From positions 233,527 to 297,526 of the forward strand of contig RHPI01000575.1 in NCBI GenBank assembly GCA_009103225.1: a stretch of 64,000 nt of DNA, written 5' to 3'. A model generated the notes under the pieces. The model did no database searches and was not told the origin of the DNA. It saw only the letters and a program-made list of their open reading frames with translations. Every line of letters begins with the position of its first letter. Positions within the stretch are counted from its first letter, which is position 1. Below, piece after piece: positions 37,507 to 52,207 of this stretch. Made by a program: the position numbers and the translations under genes. Origin of the DNA: Chlorokybus atmophyticus. Taxonomy: Eukaryota > Plantae > Mesostigma and Chlorokybus algae.

Positions 37507-38075
37507 TGCAATGTGGTATTTGTGACAATCGTGTATGCACTCATGGGTTGGAGTGCTGGTTGCTGCGGTCACATGCTTGTCTCAAATGCCAGTTATTGCC
37601 AGGAAGATTCCTCCAGTCCTCCAACCAGCTTGCAAGGTCAAGCTGACATAGAACAGTAAATATCACATGCAACATAACGCCACATTGCTGCAGCCCAAAC
37701 CGCAATGTGCACGCACACAGTCACAGCATCGCATATGTGTATGAAGAATCAAAGGGCTACTGATATGCTACGCATATCAATGTAATGTGGTATTTGTGAC
37801 AATCGTGTATGCACTCGTGGGTTGGAGTGTTGGTTGCTGCGGTCACATGCTTGTTTCAATTGCCAATTATTGCCAGGAAGATTCCTCCAATCCTCCAACC
37901 AGCTTGCAAGATTAAGCTGACATAGAATAGTAAATATCACATGCAACATAACGCCACATTGCTGCAGCCCAAACCGCAATGTGCGCGCACACAGTCACAG
38001 CATCGCATATGTGTTTAAAGAATCAAAGGGCTACTGATATGCGTAGCTACGCATATCAGTAGCCCTTTGATTCTT
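37507..38075. repeat. 274-bp tandem duplication ending in a 58-bp perfect palindrome
   Basis: ATGTGGTATTTGTGACAATC at 37511 and 37785. 38018-38046 is the exact reverse complement of 38047-38075. Confidence 0.9.
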
Positions 38076-39005
38076 CATACACACGGCCTTGCCGACCTTT
38101 GATGTGCAGTCAACACCCTCAAACCTAGAATCTGAGTATGCTAGGTCTGTCCGGCGCATGTGCTGACACTGCTATATACACATATGTATAAAGCAAAAGG
38201 ATGAACAACAAATGCACACTCACACATATGCTTGCATCAATTTGGGTGGGGACCCAGACAGCTTTTACAATACAACCAACGCTAGGACTTAGGACCCTAC
38301 CGACATCAACCACAACACAACACAACCAACGCTGTGGAGAGGCAGGCAGGCAGGGCAGAACAGACGAAGTAGGGAGCATCACCACCTGCGCAGCAGAGGC
38401 GTATGTACAAATGTAATGCCGTGTCCGCGCGCTCACTACCGGCACATATAGCACACCTCTTGCACACCCAGTCACATGATGCTCATATGCTCACACACAG
38501 TCACACCCTCACTCTGCTCACACATAACCATACTCATCCACTCTCCCCAATACACCACACCCACGCCCACATCGACACCATCGTTCCCCGTCAGCACATG
38601 TTGACAGTCGCGCAGCAACAGATGCAACAAGTGACGTCTACAAAAGTACAGAAAACGCGAGAGGGGTATGCCCATGCCCAGTGTAACCACGCAACATCGT
38701 CACAGCCCACCAGGTATGCTGAGAAAGCATCTTGACTAATCAATGCGCAACAAGGTGTGCGCAGAGTGTAGCGAAGCACAATCCTTTGCCTACCAACCAA
38801 CCTACTAAACGTGTTGCCTACCCGTGCAAAGAATCTACTTGTAAGGGGCTAGAAGGGTACAACTTAGAATGGGAAGAGGGAGTAGGCAACTTTCATAACG
38901 CCTGCATTGTTGGTCCCCCGACCAAAAAAATCCATGGTCTGCCGGTTGGCAGACCAAACCAATTACGGCTTACAACCTGAAGAAATACTACAACGCCTAC
39001 GCCGG

Positions 39006-42000
39006 TCATGCCTCATGGGCAGTGCTCAGAACAACTGCAGCCGCGGCTACCACAGCAGCAGGATGCGGATGTGTCCGCAGTATGTGCTGAATGTACTTGC
39101 GCACTTGAGGTAGCATCCTTTGCACAAGCACTCCATACCCAGTGACTCTGCAACAGTGATATCATCAGTCAGAGCGTGTTGGCCCCACAATTGCCGTGAT
39201 GCGCCGTGATGCGATTGCACTGGTGCATCAAGTTGCTGCTTACCCCCGCGCTGCAACGAGTTGCTGATAGTGCTCAAGCGTGAAGACCACGCAGTGCTGC
39301 TTGAGGGTGGGTGCATGGTAAGTGTCTGCTAGTTCGTAAATGCCAGAAACATTTTCTACAGTAAGGTCTTGCGCGATGGCAAACTCGCACAACCGCTTCA
39401 GACCTTCCAACAGGTACTGATCAGCGGCGCGCAACAACTCCTGGGCTATGTCTGCTGTCACTTCCACCGTACCTGTGTAAATACACCTGCAAAACAGAAC
39501 ACATGCAATGCACAGGTAAGTACATTGCTGACAATTGTTTTGTTCGATGCACATGTACTCAGCCACATCCAGGAGATAGCCATTTGAGCACTTCTACTTG
39601 TTGATGACATGTTGCGCACCTCATCATGGCCTCAAACGCTTTCCAGCTAATATTTGGTATCTCTATGTTTTTGGCTTCCTTTTCCTGCATGGCATCGAGG
39701 TTAGGGTACATATGCTCGAGCGCAGCACTGCACATAGTACAGGTGCGCAACCTACCCTATAACCTCCATCAAACATGGCGCGGAAGGTGTCGGATGATGC
39801 CAGCAGTGCAATGCGATGTGCGTAGAACACGTGACCTGCATTGCATTGGTGTCATAACACCAAATCAACACTACAAGCAAATTGCTGGAGACAGAGCAAT
39901 AAAAAGTTTCTGCTGGCTGACATGTATTGAACATACCTTCTACGACAAAGGTCACATCAGACAAGGTCTGGCAGTTGACATACTGCTCGCCCAAGTAGAC
40001 TTGGGGAGTGGGTGGCGGTGGTGCATTCTCCATTGGAGATGTAAGGGATGCCTTCTTCACAAGGGCAAACAGGGCGCTGGCACTTTCTTGTTGCTGTACT
40101 GGGCTCTTCACATTGGACAGCATCTCCAGCAGCACCTGCGATGCACAGAAGTTCAGGCTTAGGCAAAACAGCTTGCGGCTTCCATGTGAAGCACACAATT
40201 CTCTGCATGTACAAATCAAAGAAGCTCAGGCTATTGCAAGACAGCTTTGCACCCTGCACGTGACGCACATGACACTTTACTATAGGCTATATGCGACAAA
40301 TGCACAACATAAAATGTACCTCAAGACCGCCATGCTCTATGAAAGCAGCCCGTTGATGCTCAACATCCTTCAGCAAATGTGCCAGCGCAGTTGCGACCCG
40401 GTACCGAACACTTCGATCAGATGAATGAAGCATAGACAGCAACAACCTGAGGGTTTGCCCATGAATCTTGCTTTCCAACCGATTAATGGTCTTTTGTACG
40501 CAATCCTTGGATGCCTGCAACAAGCGTTGAGTCAGGATGACCACAACCTAATAGAGCTGCACAGCAGCGATTCGCTCTGTGGGGTGCATTACCTGAACAA
40601 TAAGCTGTCCATCAAGCAACTGTTGAACGCCTCCTTCTCTAACCATAGAGGCAACATTCTCTTCATTGTCAGCTAATCCGTAAAGGGCAAAGGCGGCATT
40701 GTGTTGCAGAGAGCCATTGCGACACTCCAGCAAATCCAGGAGAGGCCTTAGACCTCCAGCATGCACAATGCCAGCTTGGTTGTCAGGGTTCTGTTGGGCG
40801 AGGCGGCCAAGCGCGAATGCCGCCATTTCTCTCAACTGCGGGTCGGTGACTGATAGCATGCTTATTAGCGGTCGCACGGCTCCACGCTGTGCTATGCGGG
40901 ACTGTGGCAAGGAAAGCATACCACAATCAGCACAGTGACATGGTAAGGTTCTGCATAACAGACCAGAACAACCAAACAGACGCGCACCTTGTACTCTGGG
41001 TCTGTGGTTGCAAACTGGCCCAACAAAAGTGCAGCTTCCCGTTGACTTTCCGGGCATTTCGAACTGAGCAAGCCTATGACAGGCTGAAGCGCTCCCTCGT
41101 CTAGCACGCGCTTTTTTATTAGGTGTGAAGAATGCACAAGGTTGCCGATAACTCCAACCTGTGGACAGGATAAGTTAACTCACATCCACATTAGTTACAT
41201 GCCTTCAGGCACTTGCAAAGAAAGTGAGTGGCATACGTACCGCTTCGTAGTGAATGCCAACATCTTCTGACTTCAACATGAAGATGAGAGTTGGCAGCGC
41301 ACCACACTCAACAATCTGCATACTCGCCATCGTCAGCATTGTGGCTTTGTAAAACAACAGTGGAGTGCACGGGTCCGCTTAGATTCCAATTGAGCAAGCA
41401 TAATGACCTGAGCCTTGTTCTCATCGTTCTTGAAGGCCAAAGTCCTGAGCGCTCCAGCAGCCGCCCTCTGCACTTTGCTGTCTGGAGAATCCAGCAAAGC
41501 CACAAGTGGAGGGATGCCACCTTCCGCTCTACCAATCCAAAATGCAGAGACGTTAAACAATGCCCGTTAAGCGATGCAAAAGCCTCAGCAACAAGTGAAC
41601 ATCACAAGCAAGCGGGCAAGCCACTGGTATGCAACCGCCTGTGCGACGAACAACCTTAATCTACCTGACTCTTGACTTGATGACCACGTTCTCATGTGCC
41701 AAGTTTGTAATGGCATCTGCAGCACGTCGCGCAACAGCGGCGCTAAGCTCAGGTGCAGGCGCCGCAAGCCCACTCCTATCTTCAGTTTTTCTCCGAGCAG
41801 CGGCACATTTGTGGATTAGTGCCACCAAAGCTGGCAGTGCCCCGGCATTGGCTATTCGCCGCTGATGTTCAGGCTTGATGGCTAACAAACCGAGAGCGAA
41901 CGCTGCCTCCTTCTCGACCTCATCATGGTCTTCTTCATTGCCAGCTTGTAAACGAGGGGGCTGTGCAGCAGACAATGGATCCGGGGAAGCCGGCGGGCTC

Positions 42001-42736
42001 AACAGCGGCACCAAAACTTCTATTGCTCCCCCAGCAACAATAGTCTGGAAGATACCCACAGCATGAGACTCTAACAAACCTATGCCGGCAACAGATATGA
42101 ACTGAGCTATCTAGGGCGTTGACGCTCACAAGACTGACGGGCATGCAAGTGGCAATTGCAAGATTCACCAAACGAACATCATTAACGACAACGACCCTGA
42201 CTCTGCCGAGCAGCCTGATACATGCGGCACATCAGCATGTCTGCGACACAACTGATGTCCACCGGATATCCACCTGATATCCATGGACAATAGGCAAACA
42301 AACTGTCAAACTGAACTGTGCTTGCGGTGTACATTAGGTTACATGCATAGTTCATGCGAGGTCGACTGACTGGATGACACTTGACCCAAGAGCAAGACAC
42401 CCGGTTGGATCTCACCTCCACGCTGTCCTCATGCTTGGCCAGCTCGGCCAGCTCATGGGCAACCTTCCGAGCCGTTGGCCTGTGACAGAAAGCTGGGCCG
42501 GAGCCAATGCTTCCGCCAAGCGTGCGCAATGCGTTCACAAGCCTCTGGATCTTCTCCTGCAACTCCGCAGGCGAAAAACCTGAACCGATAGCTGGAGTGG
42601 TGGAAGTCCCAGGGGTGGAAGTTGAAGCTCCAGTCCCCTCAGCAGCACCCGCCTCAGCGCCCTCCCGAGCAGCAGCACCAGCAGCGTCAAAGCTAGCGTC
42701 CGCCAGCTTACGCTTGTGCCCCTTTCTCTCGCTCAT
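39006..42736 (-). CDS. ARIA: ARM-repeat/BTB-POZ protein (ARIA/ABAP1-like), 12 exons, about 766 aa
   Basis: Exons 42736-42416, 42044-41665, 41528-41408, 41315-41241, 41158-40988, 40901-40593, 40514-40320, 40135-39937, 39835-39756, 39684-39620, 39486-39244 and 39147-39006 splice in frame. Motifs KRKL, VQRAAAGALRTLAFKN, GALQPVIGLLSS...SQREAALLLGQFA, SDVTFVVEG..FYAHRIALLASSD and ELLRAADQYLLEGLKRLCE. An alternative ATG lies at 42790. Confidence 0.96.
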
Positions 42737-45700
42737 CCCCCCGCTTTGGGGAACAGGCACCCCCACCCCCGCCCCTTCCCCAACAACCATGCCCCGAGGA
42801 CCCTCGCCAGCCCGACTGCCACCCACCTCTACCAACACAATCACTAAATCACATACCCCTTAGCCAGATCAGCAACTGGAATGCCCAGCTCCCGCAGCAT
42901 GCGCACCAGCTCCTCAGCTCTTCCAACTACACCTGCTATACAACAGTACGATACGTCGCTCACCCCAGCTCCAACCTCGCCGCCGCCGTCGCCCACACCG
43001 CCAAGCCACAGGTGAACCACTTCAGCAGCAGGTCAGCCCTTGAAACTTTACACGGGTTTTGCATTCAATGCTGGGCTAGATTTTTGGAGCATTCCACGTG
43101 TGAAGTCTGCAATTTTTTGGCGCCGTATAACGCGTGCGTCGTAAACCGACGACCGCGTTTAATACCGAGGTGAGGGCGACTGCAATAAAGACCAAGCTGA
43201 TATCTGTGTCTTGCCACTGGCAACAGCCACATATATCGTGACGGTGGCCTTGAAGCGGTTAACGCTGACCGGATCTCGGCGCAGAGGCTCAGTTAGTTTA
43301 ACGGCTGTGACGCGGGCAATGGGCGACACGCGCGCGGGAAACCGGTACAGCACGCGCGCAGGCTGGAGCAAGCTTTGGGGTTGACCGGAAACGAGGAGGG
43401 AGTGGCCGGTCACGCAGCTGGCTGTTGGAGGGTTTCAGTACCAGGTTTGCTCCCGCGCTTTGTACTTCGAGCCCTGTTATGTTTAATTGATCAATCAGTC
43501 AATTGATATATAAAATGTTGCATGACGTCTCAAAGGCTCTGACAGAGCATGTTCGATGACAGTGTATTGCAAAATCGCTACACATGCTTCGTATACAATA
43601 GATGCATAGTTATTTGTCTCCTATAAGAGTCAAAATTACATGTTGGTTGACACCATGCTGACCGTGAAATTGTAACTATAATGTGACAATTTATGTTGGT
43701 TACAATTGTGTTTTTGATCTCAAGAGCACGTTGCTATGCTTATCGCCTGACGAAGCCAAAATGTTCAACGAACAATTGCTTTGACATATTATTGAATGAA
43801 TGCATACAAGCACATCCTTATATTATACTTAATAAATAATTTTGTATTAATAATTTTGTATTAACAACTCATTAGCATCACATGTAAAACTAGACATGGT
43901 ATAATAATGATAAAGTTTTGGTATAATGCGTACCAAACCTGCGCGATATACAAAAGTGAAAGTATGGGCTTGAAATATGACAAGGTGATAAAAAGTTATA
44001 TAATAATACGCAAGTTACTATTCCAATTTCAACAATATTAATAATAACATCCTTATTCCGCTGCCCCACATGTGTTCCCTCATTTTTTTATTAACAATTT
44101 CTTTGTCAACTAGCTGTCAATGGGTACTCATCTGCGGGACACATATACATGTTTCCTTAATAACATATAAATATCAACATTAATCCATTTATATATATGC
44201 GTTGAATTATATATGTACATGTGGTTAATTTATGCTGTAAAACGCAATGCTATAGATAAGCGAATGCTGAAGTAGTGTAATGTGTAGTGTAGTGTAGTGT
44301 GTAGTGTAGTGTCAAACATCGGTTACAGATTGATTTGATCCATAACCGATGTCTGATACAAAATGCATGCAATGAGCCATTAATTTATTACAATAAAATT
44401 ATACAACAAATCATACATTGCCTCATATTACATAGTATGAAGTATTCATGCATAACACTGTGCGGCATACATATATCATCACATCACTGTTGCACTTTAT
44501 GTGTTGCACTTGTCATGTATCTTTATGGTTTATCTTAGTCGTTGCTACATTATTATATATATCAATAGATGTCATATGATCATGTCAACATATATGCTAG
44601 TTTACGATCATAACCTCACAATTTATGTTGAGCATATAATATATATTGATTGCTGTAATGTAACCATATTATATTATTGGAAGCATGGTGTCGGGTTAAC
44701 CTTGTCTTTTTGAACTCAATAAATACAACATAATGTTTAAAACCTCGACATCGGGTAGGTATACGCTCAGTTTACATTTAAATACTGATTGAACATATTG
44801 TTTACAATATGGTTCACAAGTAGTGTATTAAAATACAACTCTAAACCATGACTGTTGCTTATATGACATTGTTCGGCATGTACAATGTAACATGCGTCAA
44901 GTTACATGCAACGCAAAGTCAAACCTCTTCTTAAGCACATCTTTTATTCTCAACAATAATGCGCTTCAACAGAGATGTGCTACCTTCAAGAGTTGGTACA
45001 TTCGAGGCTACGTGAGAAAGCTTTTGATATGCACAAAGTGCATGTTGCAAGTTATTGATGTCGTGTATATATACTTTTTATATTAAGCAAGCTTTTTAGA
45101 GATGTTAATTATAATGGGGCATTGCTTGGTATCAACTGAGTAGCATGAGTGCGATATCTTTGCATCAATTATGCCTTACATAACACGTACGTTAATGGGT
45201 CCATATGTTCTCCCTCTCTGTGTGCAGAAATGGGTCATTTTAGCTGTGCTTAGATAAAGTGTGTATGTGCTTACATGGCGTGAAATGTGGCTAGTTGAAG
45301 GTGTGTTATCGTGCACAACGTTTATATGTCAAGGCTGTGCATGGTTACAGTGTATAAGATATGTGAAGTGATGTGTGCATACAGGAAGGTAGAGTACAGC
45401 ATGTTATATTGCAGACATGCTATGGAATTTGTGCTTTTGTATGTATTAATATATATATAAAAGAAGAGATTGCATGTATGCACGCAACCACCAATAATGC
45501 AATGGCAATGCGTAATGTATCGCTGTTGTATATATCAAAATTTTTATAAATTTAATTGAATACGTCAAGTGGAATTATAAGATTATCAACATGTAAACAT
45601 TGCTACGTGTTGAGTAATGACATACCAATAGCATGATACCATTACGATGGTTACTCAATGCATTTGATAAAAAAATCGTTGCACATTGCATTCTTATTCA

Positions 45701-46447
45701 TGGCTACAATCATTCAATGAGTGGCGCTAATGCACATGCATTGCTTCACTTTGCTTTGCTGTGCTCGTCAGCTTTGATATGCTTATGGGTATGTGGACTT
45801 CAGTAATGTTGGCGTGCTTATAATAATAACGCTTTCATGTGCACAAAATGTACATCTCTTGTCTTCGTGTTACTGAGTATATATTTTGACGGCATGATGG
45901 GTATACATTCAAATTACATACCATTGCGCATCAATTTATTTAAAGACATGTTTTCAAAGATATAATATACTACACCGTAGTACCAGTGATTACATGTGTG
46001 ACATGATGACGCGCATGTGTCATCACTTGCAGTGGATGCGGTGACAACATTGCATAACAACAGATAAGATGAGCATAAGTGACCAATATGTGCAATTACA
46101 CGTACATTCAATGCGGAATGCATATAAACATACAGCTGACAGGCAGTATAAGATTTGCATTCGTGACTCACTCAAACCAACAATGTGCGATGCTGGTGCC
46201 ATAAAACCTTACATGCATGCACATTAAAAACATGCAACGGTTATCGTGGACTGTACAAGTTCCTAACTATACACTGCATAGTAGCAATGTGACGGTGTGT
46301 GACGGTAACATGTTTCATGCGACCAATCTAGGCACTTGATGACTTTCAGGCAGTCATTGCATGATGCCTTTGACTGAAATCTACAATTCGAGAGACATGG
46401 AGGCCTACGGCACAACAACCACCTCCTTTACTGCACACTTGACAGCC

Positions 46448-46928
46448 TCATCGCAACATGGTTTGAGGGGGAGGAGGGCTACTAACAACACCTGTAGCAA
46501 AAAGTGCCATGTCCTTTCTTGGGTTGAGCTCTCGGCTCTTTTGGGCGAGGGCACAGCAGGCGCAGAAGCAGCTGACTAGGCAGTCGTGGCAGGGGGATGC
46601 GCGGAGGGCATGCTTGACCCTAATTTGGTTTCTGATCGCCATCCGGGGGATCCAGCTGAAGGAAGGGCACACGAGGACCCCAACAAGCGCGCCCGCTGTG
46701 CTGAACGTCCCTCCCGAGATAAAGTACAGCACGCACACGCCGGGGCAGCTCCCCCCGCACATTGCGTCGGGCGTGCCCTGCAGTGCCACGTTCTCGCCGT
46801 ACAAGCACGACGGGCAGCAGCACGCGTAGATACCTGGCAGGTTGGTTGGTTGGTTATTTGCCTGAGGCCATGCACTCTCAGAGACACCCCCCCCCTCCCT
46901 CCCCCCCCCCCCCCCCCCNNNNNNNNNN

Positions 46929-46959
<31 letters not shown>

Positions 46960-47755
46960 TGCGCGGCGGGGTTCGAGGCCATTCTCATATGTGTGTGCGT
47001 TTTTGCGAAAACACATGCTCGCATGTTTGTGTTCATGTGTGCATACACCCACGTGCACATGCATAGCGTGCTTGTCCCATCACGCATGCACATATGCCCA
47101 AGTATGCACGCGCATATGCGCAACTGCGAGCACACATCTGCACATATGCAGGCCAACATGCACACACATGTGCACGCACACCTTTGCATACAGTTATGCG
47201 CACTCACGGGCACCCGCTCACACATGCAAGCACACATTCAATATAAGCTCTTACATAGGCCGGGGCCGCCGGGGTTGGTGCAGCTGTCGGAGAGCTCACT
47301 CTGCCACTGGTTGGGTTCGATCTCTGGTGTGTGGGGGGAGACAACCACTACAGGCGGCGCTGTCTGTATAACACGACATACAACACACAGGTCATCAGTA
47401 CAAAAGCCACACCAGACCAATAACCAAATGCATTGTAGGTAGCGGTCTCAAACTGTTGCACTTTATTACTGATGTAAGCAGGTTCATGCACGTTAATCTC
47501 AGATTGCCAGATACTGAGTGTACAGCAGTTCAGGGCTCACCTTGAAGTGCTGTACACACAGGGCTCGTAAGTTGCAAGATGTGCTTATGTCATGCGGCAT
47601 CCTGGCTTTGGCAAGCACAACTTATGGTGCCAGAAACGATATTTTGCAACATACGTTCTTTCAAGGTAGCAATTGCGAGCTAAGTACATTTTTTTCTCAC
47701 CTGATGCACATGTTCTTCTGGAGGTGTGTACTCATAGCCTGGAGCAGTGGGGGCC

Positions 47756-47802
<47 letters not shown>

Positions 47803-48127
47803 NNNNNNNNNNNNNNNNNNNNNNNNNNNNNNNNNNNNNNNNNNNNNNNGGGGATGGTTAGGAACTGTTAACCTCACCATGCAAGCACAACAAGACAGAC
47901 ACGGCTGGTTCATGTATGTACGGATACATGATTATATGAATACATAGATTTCCACCATTTGCTTGCTCATGCCACCAGAGCTACACAGCAGGGTGGATGC
48001 TCGGTAAAATAGTATGCAAAGGCAACAAGACAACAACATCGCTGTTGAAGTAACTGACCTGCTTTTAATGTGCAGGAGCTCCTTCGTCAAGATAGTAGCC
48101 CTTGTCAACTGCAGGGCTGTTGTTTAT
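46448..48127 (-). pseudogene. PLAC8-family paralog (inverted duplicate of 34076-35836), probably pseudogenised
   Basis: Same four-exon layout (about 48127-48059, 47755-47700, 47363-47255, 46833-46448). The start ATG reads ATA (48125-48127), exon 1 has an in-frame TAA (48065-48067), and the exon-2 acceptor is not visible next to the (CT)n tract and gap. Confidence 0.8.
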
Positions 48128-49719
48128 GGCCGGCTGCTGCTGCTGCCAATGCTAGTGCTCAGGCCCACCAGCCAGTCGATCCTTCAACCGCTGCCGCCGC
48201 TGTTCGTCCTGGCCTGATAGGCCTACTGGGCCTTATAAGACTCCCTACCAAGACTTACTGGTTGGAGCCGCCCTTACCTACTAGTCTGAAAGCGCCTGAC
48301 GCTTTGGCATGCCTTCGGTTTGCGGTTAGCGGGCCCTGGGTAGCAGCTTTTAAGTGGCGTTTGTGAAGGAGGTCGGTCAGGTTTTTGGACAACATGCACG
48401 CTCAGATGTGTAGGAGCTCAGTTTCAAGTTGCCAAAACACCGCTTCCCGGTTAGGTTAAGCCAGCGTTGGGTTTGTTGTCACCTGTTGAGGACGGGGTGA
48501 CGATGTTGAGCCAGGCAACGCAACAGAAGCAACTTGCGTCGCGCAATGCTGATGGAGAAAAATTTTATGTTCGAAAACACTCAGGTTGTGCGCGAAGTGT
48601 CGCCTACTGTACAATACTCAACAGACACTGTGGGGATGTGACAACCCGACATGACTGATCACCACAATTCTCCTGCGAGAGATTTAAAACTAGTAAAGGA
48701 AGCAGAAGCAGTTTGTGAACACGGCATGGCTGTGGCATAGCGCGTGGCAAGATCCTGTCAATGTCCCCATGCATGCATGACGTGACAAAACAGTGCTACC
48801 TAATGCACCACAGCCACGGCTAGTCATGACAACAGTGTGCATGGTAAGTATATGCAATGATGACCATGTCGTTTTGATGCACGCACGTAATCATGCATAC
48901 CTCATGTCCTGAAGAGCTCAGAGTATTTGCATGCCCGCATACACCCACGCATAAAAGAAGAAAATTGCGTATCAGTAAGGCGCATTAGCCTCGTGTGGCG
49001 GTAGATCCAGACGTCCAGTGTTTGCTCATCCTGCTGCTCAGGCTGCGTGACCAGCTCTCTCATCTTTGTGGCGCAGCAATCCATCTTGGCTGGAGGCGCC
49101 GTCACGCTAAAGTGTTCGATTGAAGGATGACTTGTTGCCTCTAGAATCTTCACCGCCGCTATGCTTGTCACACCTCGATCGCTTCTAACAGGCTGCTCTA
49201 TCAAGTGCATGCTGCTCGATCTGGCTTTCAGCTTCATGTTCTCTCTGAACTCAGTTGAGTCCAATCATCTCCGCGTCATCACTGCCTGCAAACGGTGAGG
49301 CGGTCAACCCTAGCAAGCGATCACAACGACACCAACGGTGTTGCTGTTCTCCACACAATGCACACATGACCACAAGCGAGGCAACGATCACGCATACGTG
49401 CACTTGAATTCAACATGATCTAGCTAGCCATTGTCTGCATGCAGCAAACACGCACGCGACCGGAGCTGGTATGCGTTCAACTGTTCAACAGTAATATGTG
49501 TAGCAGTGCTTATGTGCATTTCTCAGTTGCAAACAGACGATAATACAGTCTGCTCACAGCTGGGGATAAATATAGCTGAAAGTAAACAACGAATGATTCT
49601 AAGCATGCCTCCGTAAGCTTGACACACAACATTTGGGCATGCAGACTTGCTTGCCCTGTTTTCATGAAAGAGGATTACCAGGTTTTTTGTCTGCTGGAAT
49701 TGTGCCGATTCTGCCACAC

Positions 49720-50260
49720 GCTAAAAACTGTCCGCTTGATGGGAACCCTGGTGCCCACATCATGCTCCTGCGCATTAGCATGCTCCTACTGCTGCTCAGC
49801 CCTCTCGCCCCTGCCAGCATCATGTTTGCTGTCCCCTTGCGCCTCCACAATGCTTACCATTCACTACCAAAGCACATGTAGAGTGTCTCATTTGAGCTCA
49901 CATGAGCTTCAGTGTGTGCATGTAAGCCTGTGTGTACAAGATCAAGGGAAAGAGTCTTTGGTTGTGCCAACTTGCAGTCCAAATGCACACAAGTTGTATG
50001 CGCCTGCGCAGGCACGCACAAGCGCGTACAGTAAAAAGCCCATACAGCAAAAGCTTACAGCATACAGCCAGCCTCATCGCAGCTTGCGCCATCCTCCATA
50101 ATTTTGCAGCACAAGAGTGCAACATGTACACAGCAATGTGCACCCAGCAGCTGCTCTAGCGATCGTAGGAACAACTTCTCACCCTCATACCACACGTCGT
50201 CACACGTCCCAGCCCAACATCCGCACCGCCACCGTCATCACCGACATTGACAGCAACAGC
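49720..50260. repeat. Degenerate dispersed repeat, copy 1 (unidentified, possibly TE-derived coding remnant)
   Basis: Shares blocks such as CTGCTGCTCAGCCCTCTCG...CCTGCCAG, GTAGAGTGTC, TTGCGCCATC and GCAGCTGCTCT with 54660-55120, in the same orientation. Confidence 0.6.
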
Positions 50261-51226
50261 GACAGCGACAGAGCGCTTACCAGCAACGCGAACGTTAAAC
50301 AAAGCAATACCGCTTTCAGATGTCCGGCATAAAGCGGTTGAGACACGTGAAGTTTCCGCGCAACCGACCGGCGGGTCCGGCAAGCGGCCTGACAGCGGAG
50401 CAGCCGCGCTGCTCCGTAGCTGCGCGACGCAGCATCGGCTTCGCCCAATCAGAACGCTTTGATGTAAAGACAAACACCCTGTGTGTGACATAGGCTGTGT
50501 CATGGCGTGACATCAACATGGGCAGCATGCCGGTAGGCGGACCAATGGTCGATAATAGGTATTGGTCGCCAATAGGTAATCTATAGCGACTCGCTATAGA
50601 CTACCAGTATCCGTGAAAGGTAATCACGCCCTCATGCATGCACCAAAAACAGCAAAAGGGTAAAGTACGTCTACGCCTGCTTAGGCCTGTAGTCATCACA
50701 GCGTCACAGCCGAGCACCTCCTGTCCGCATGTCTCAACGTACATGTACGGATGGATACGATGTACAGCTTACGCTTTCGTAAGCTGGTCGGCGGCCATGA
50801 TGACTTTTTGGGCACGACCGGGCCTGCCAAGCGTCCGAACCAAGCGACTGATTGCAAGAAAAGCGCCAACATCTACCTGTACACATTATCCTGTTCGCTG
50901 TGAACCGCTCTCTGCTAGCCAAAAGCAGGGGAAAGCTCAACCATCATGGCCGTGTGCTTCCAAAGAAAGTACCGGAGGCAGCGGCTCGCCGAGCTGATGC
51001 AGGGGCCAAGTCGCGCCTGCATCGCCGCCGACATTGAGCGAGTGGGCTTTGTTGCAAAGCGGGCAAAACTCCTTAGCATTGGCAGTGAATTGTGTCAGTG
51101 TAGGCGGCAGTGCGCCTTGGGGCGGTAAGCTGGTGCTGTCTTCCCCCCTCTCTCTGGCCCAGCTCTTGAGCAGAGGCGCAGTGGCTGCATCGTGGCATTG
51201 TTAGCGGCAGTGCGCCTTTGGGTAAG

Positions 51227-52135
<909 letters not shown>

Positions 52136-52207
52136 NCAACTATTCTCATTGACCCCACTGCAGGCTGTACAAAAACCCGTCTCCAGGCCAGCCTCATCTG
52201 TGACGCC

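Noticed and set aside
50060-50110. Definite Harbinger transposase from the LIAACAILHNF motif
   Set aside because: The motif is not conserved in the second copy (AALCAISPQ) and no upstream DDE motifs were found; it may be coincidental.
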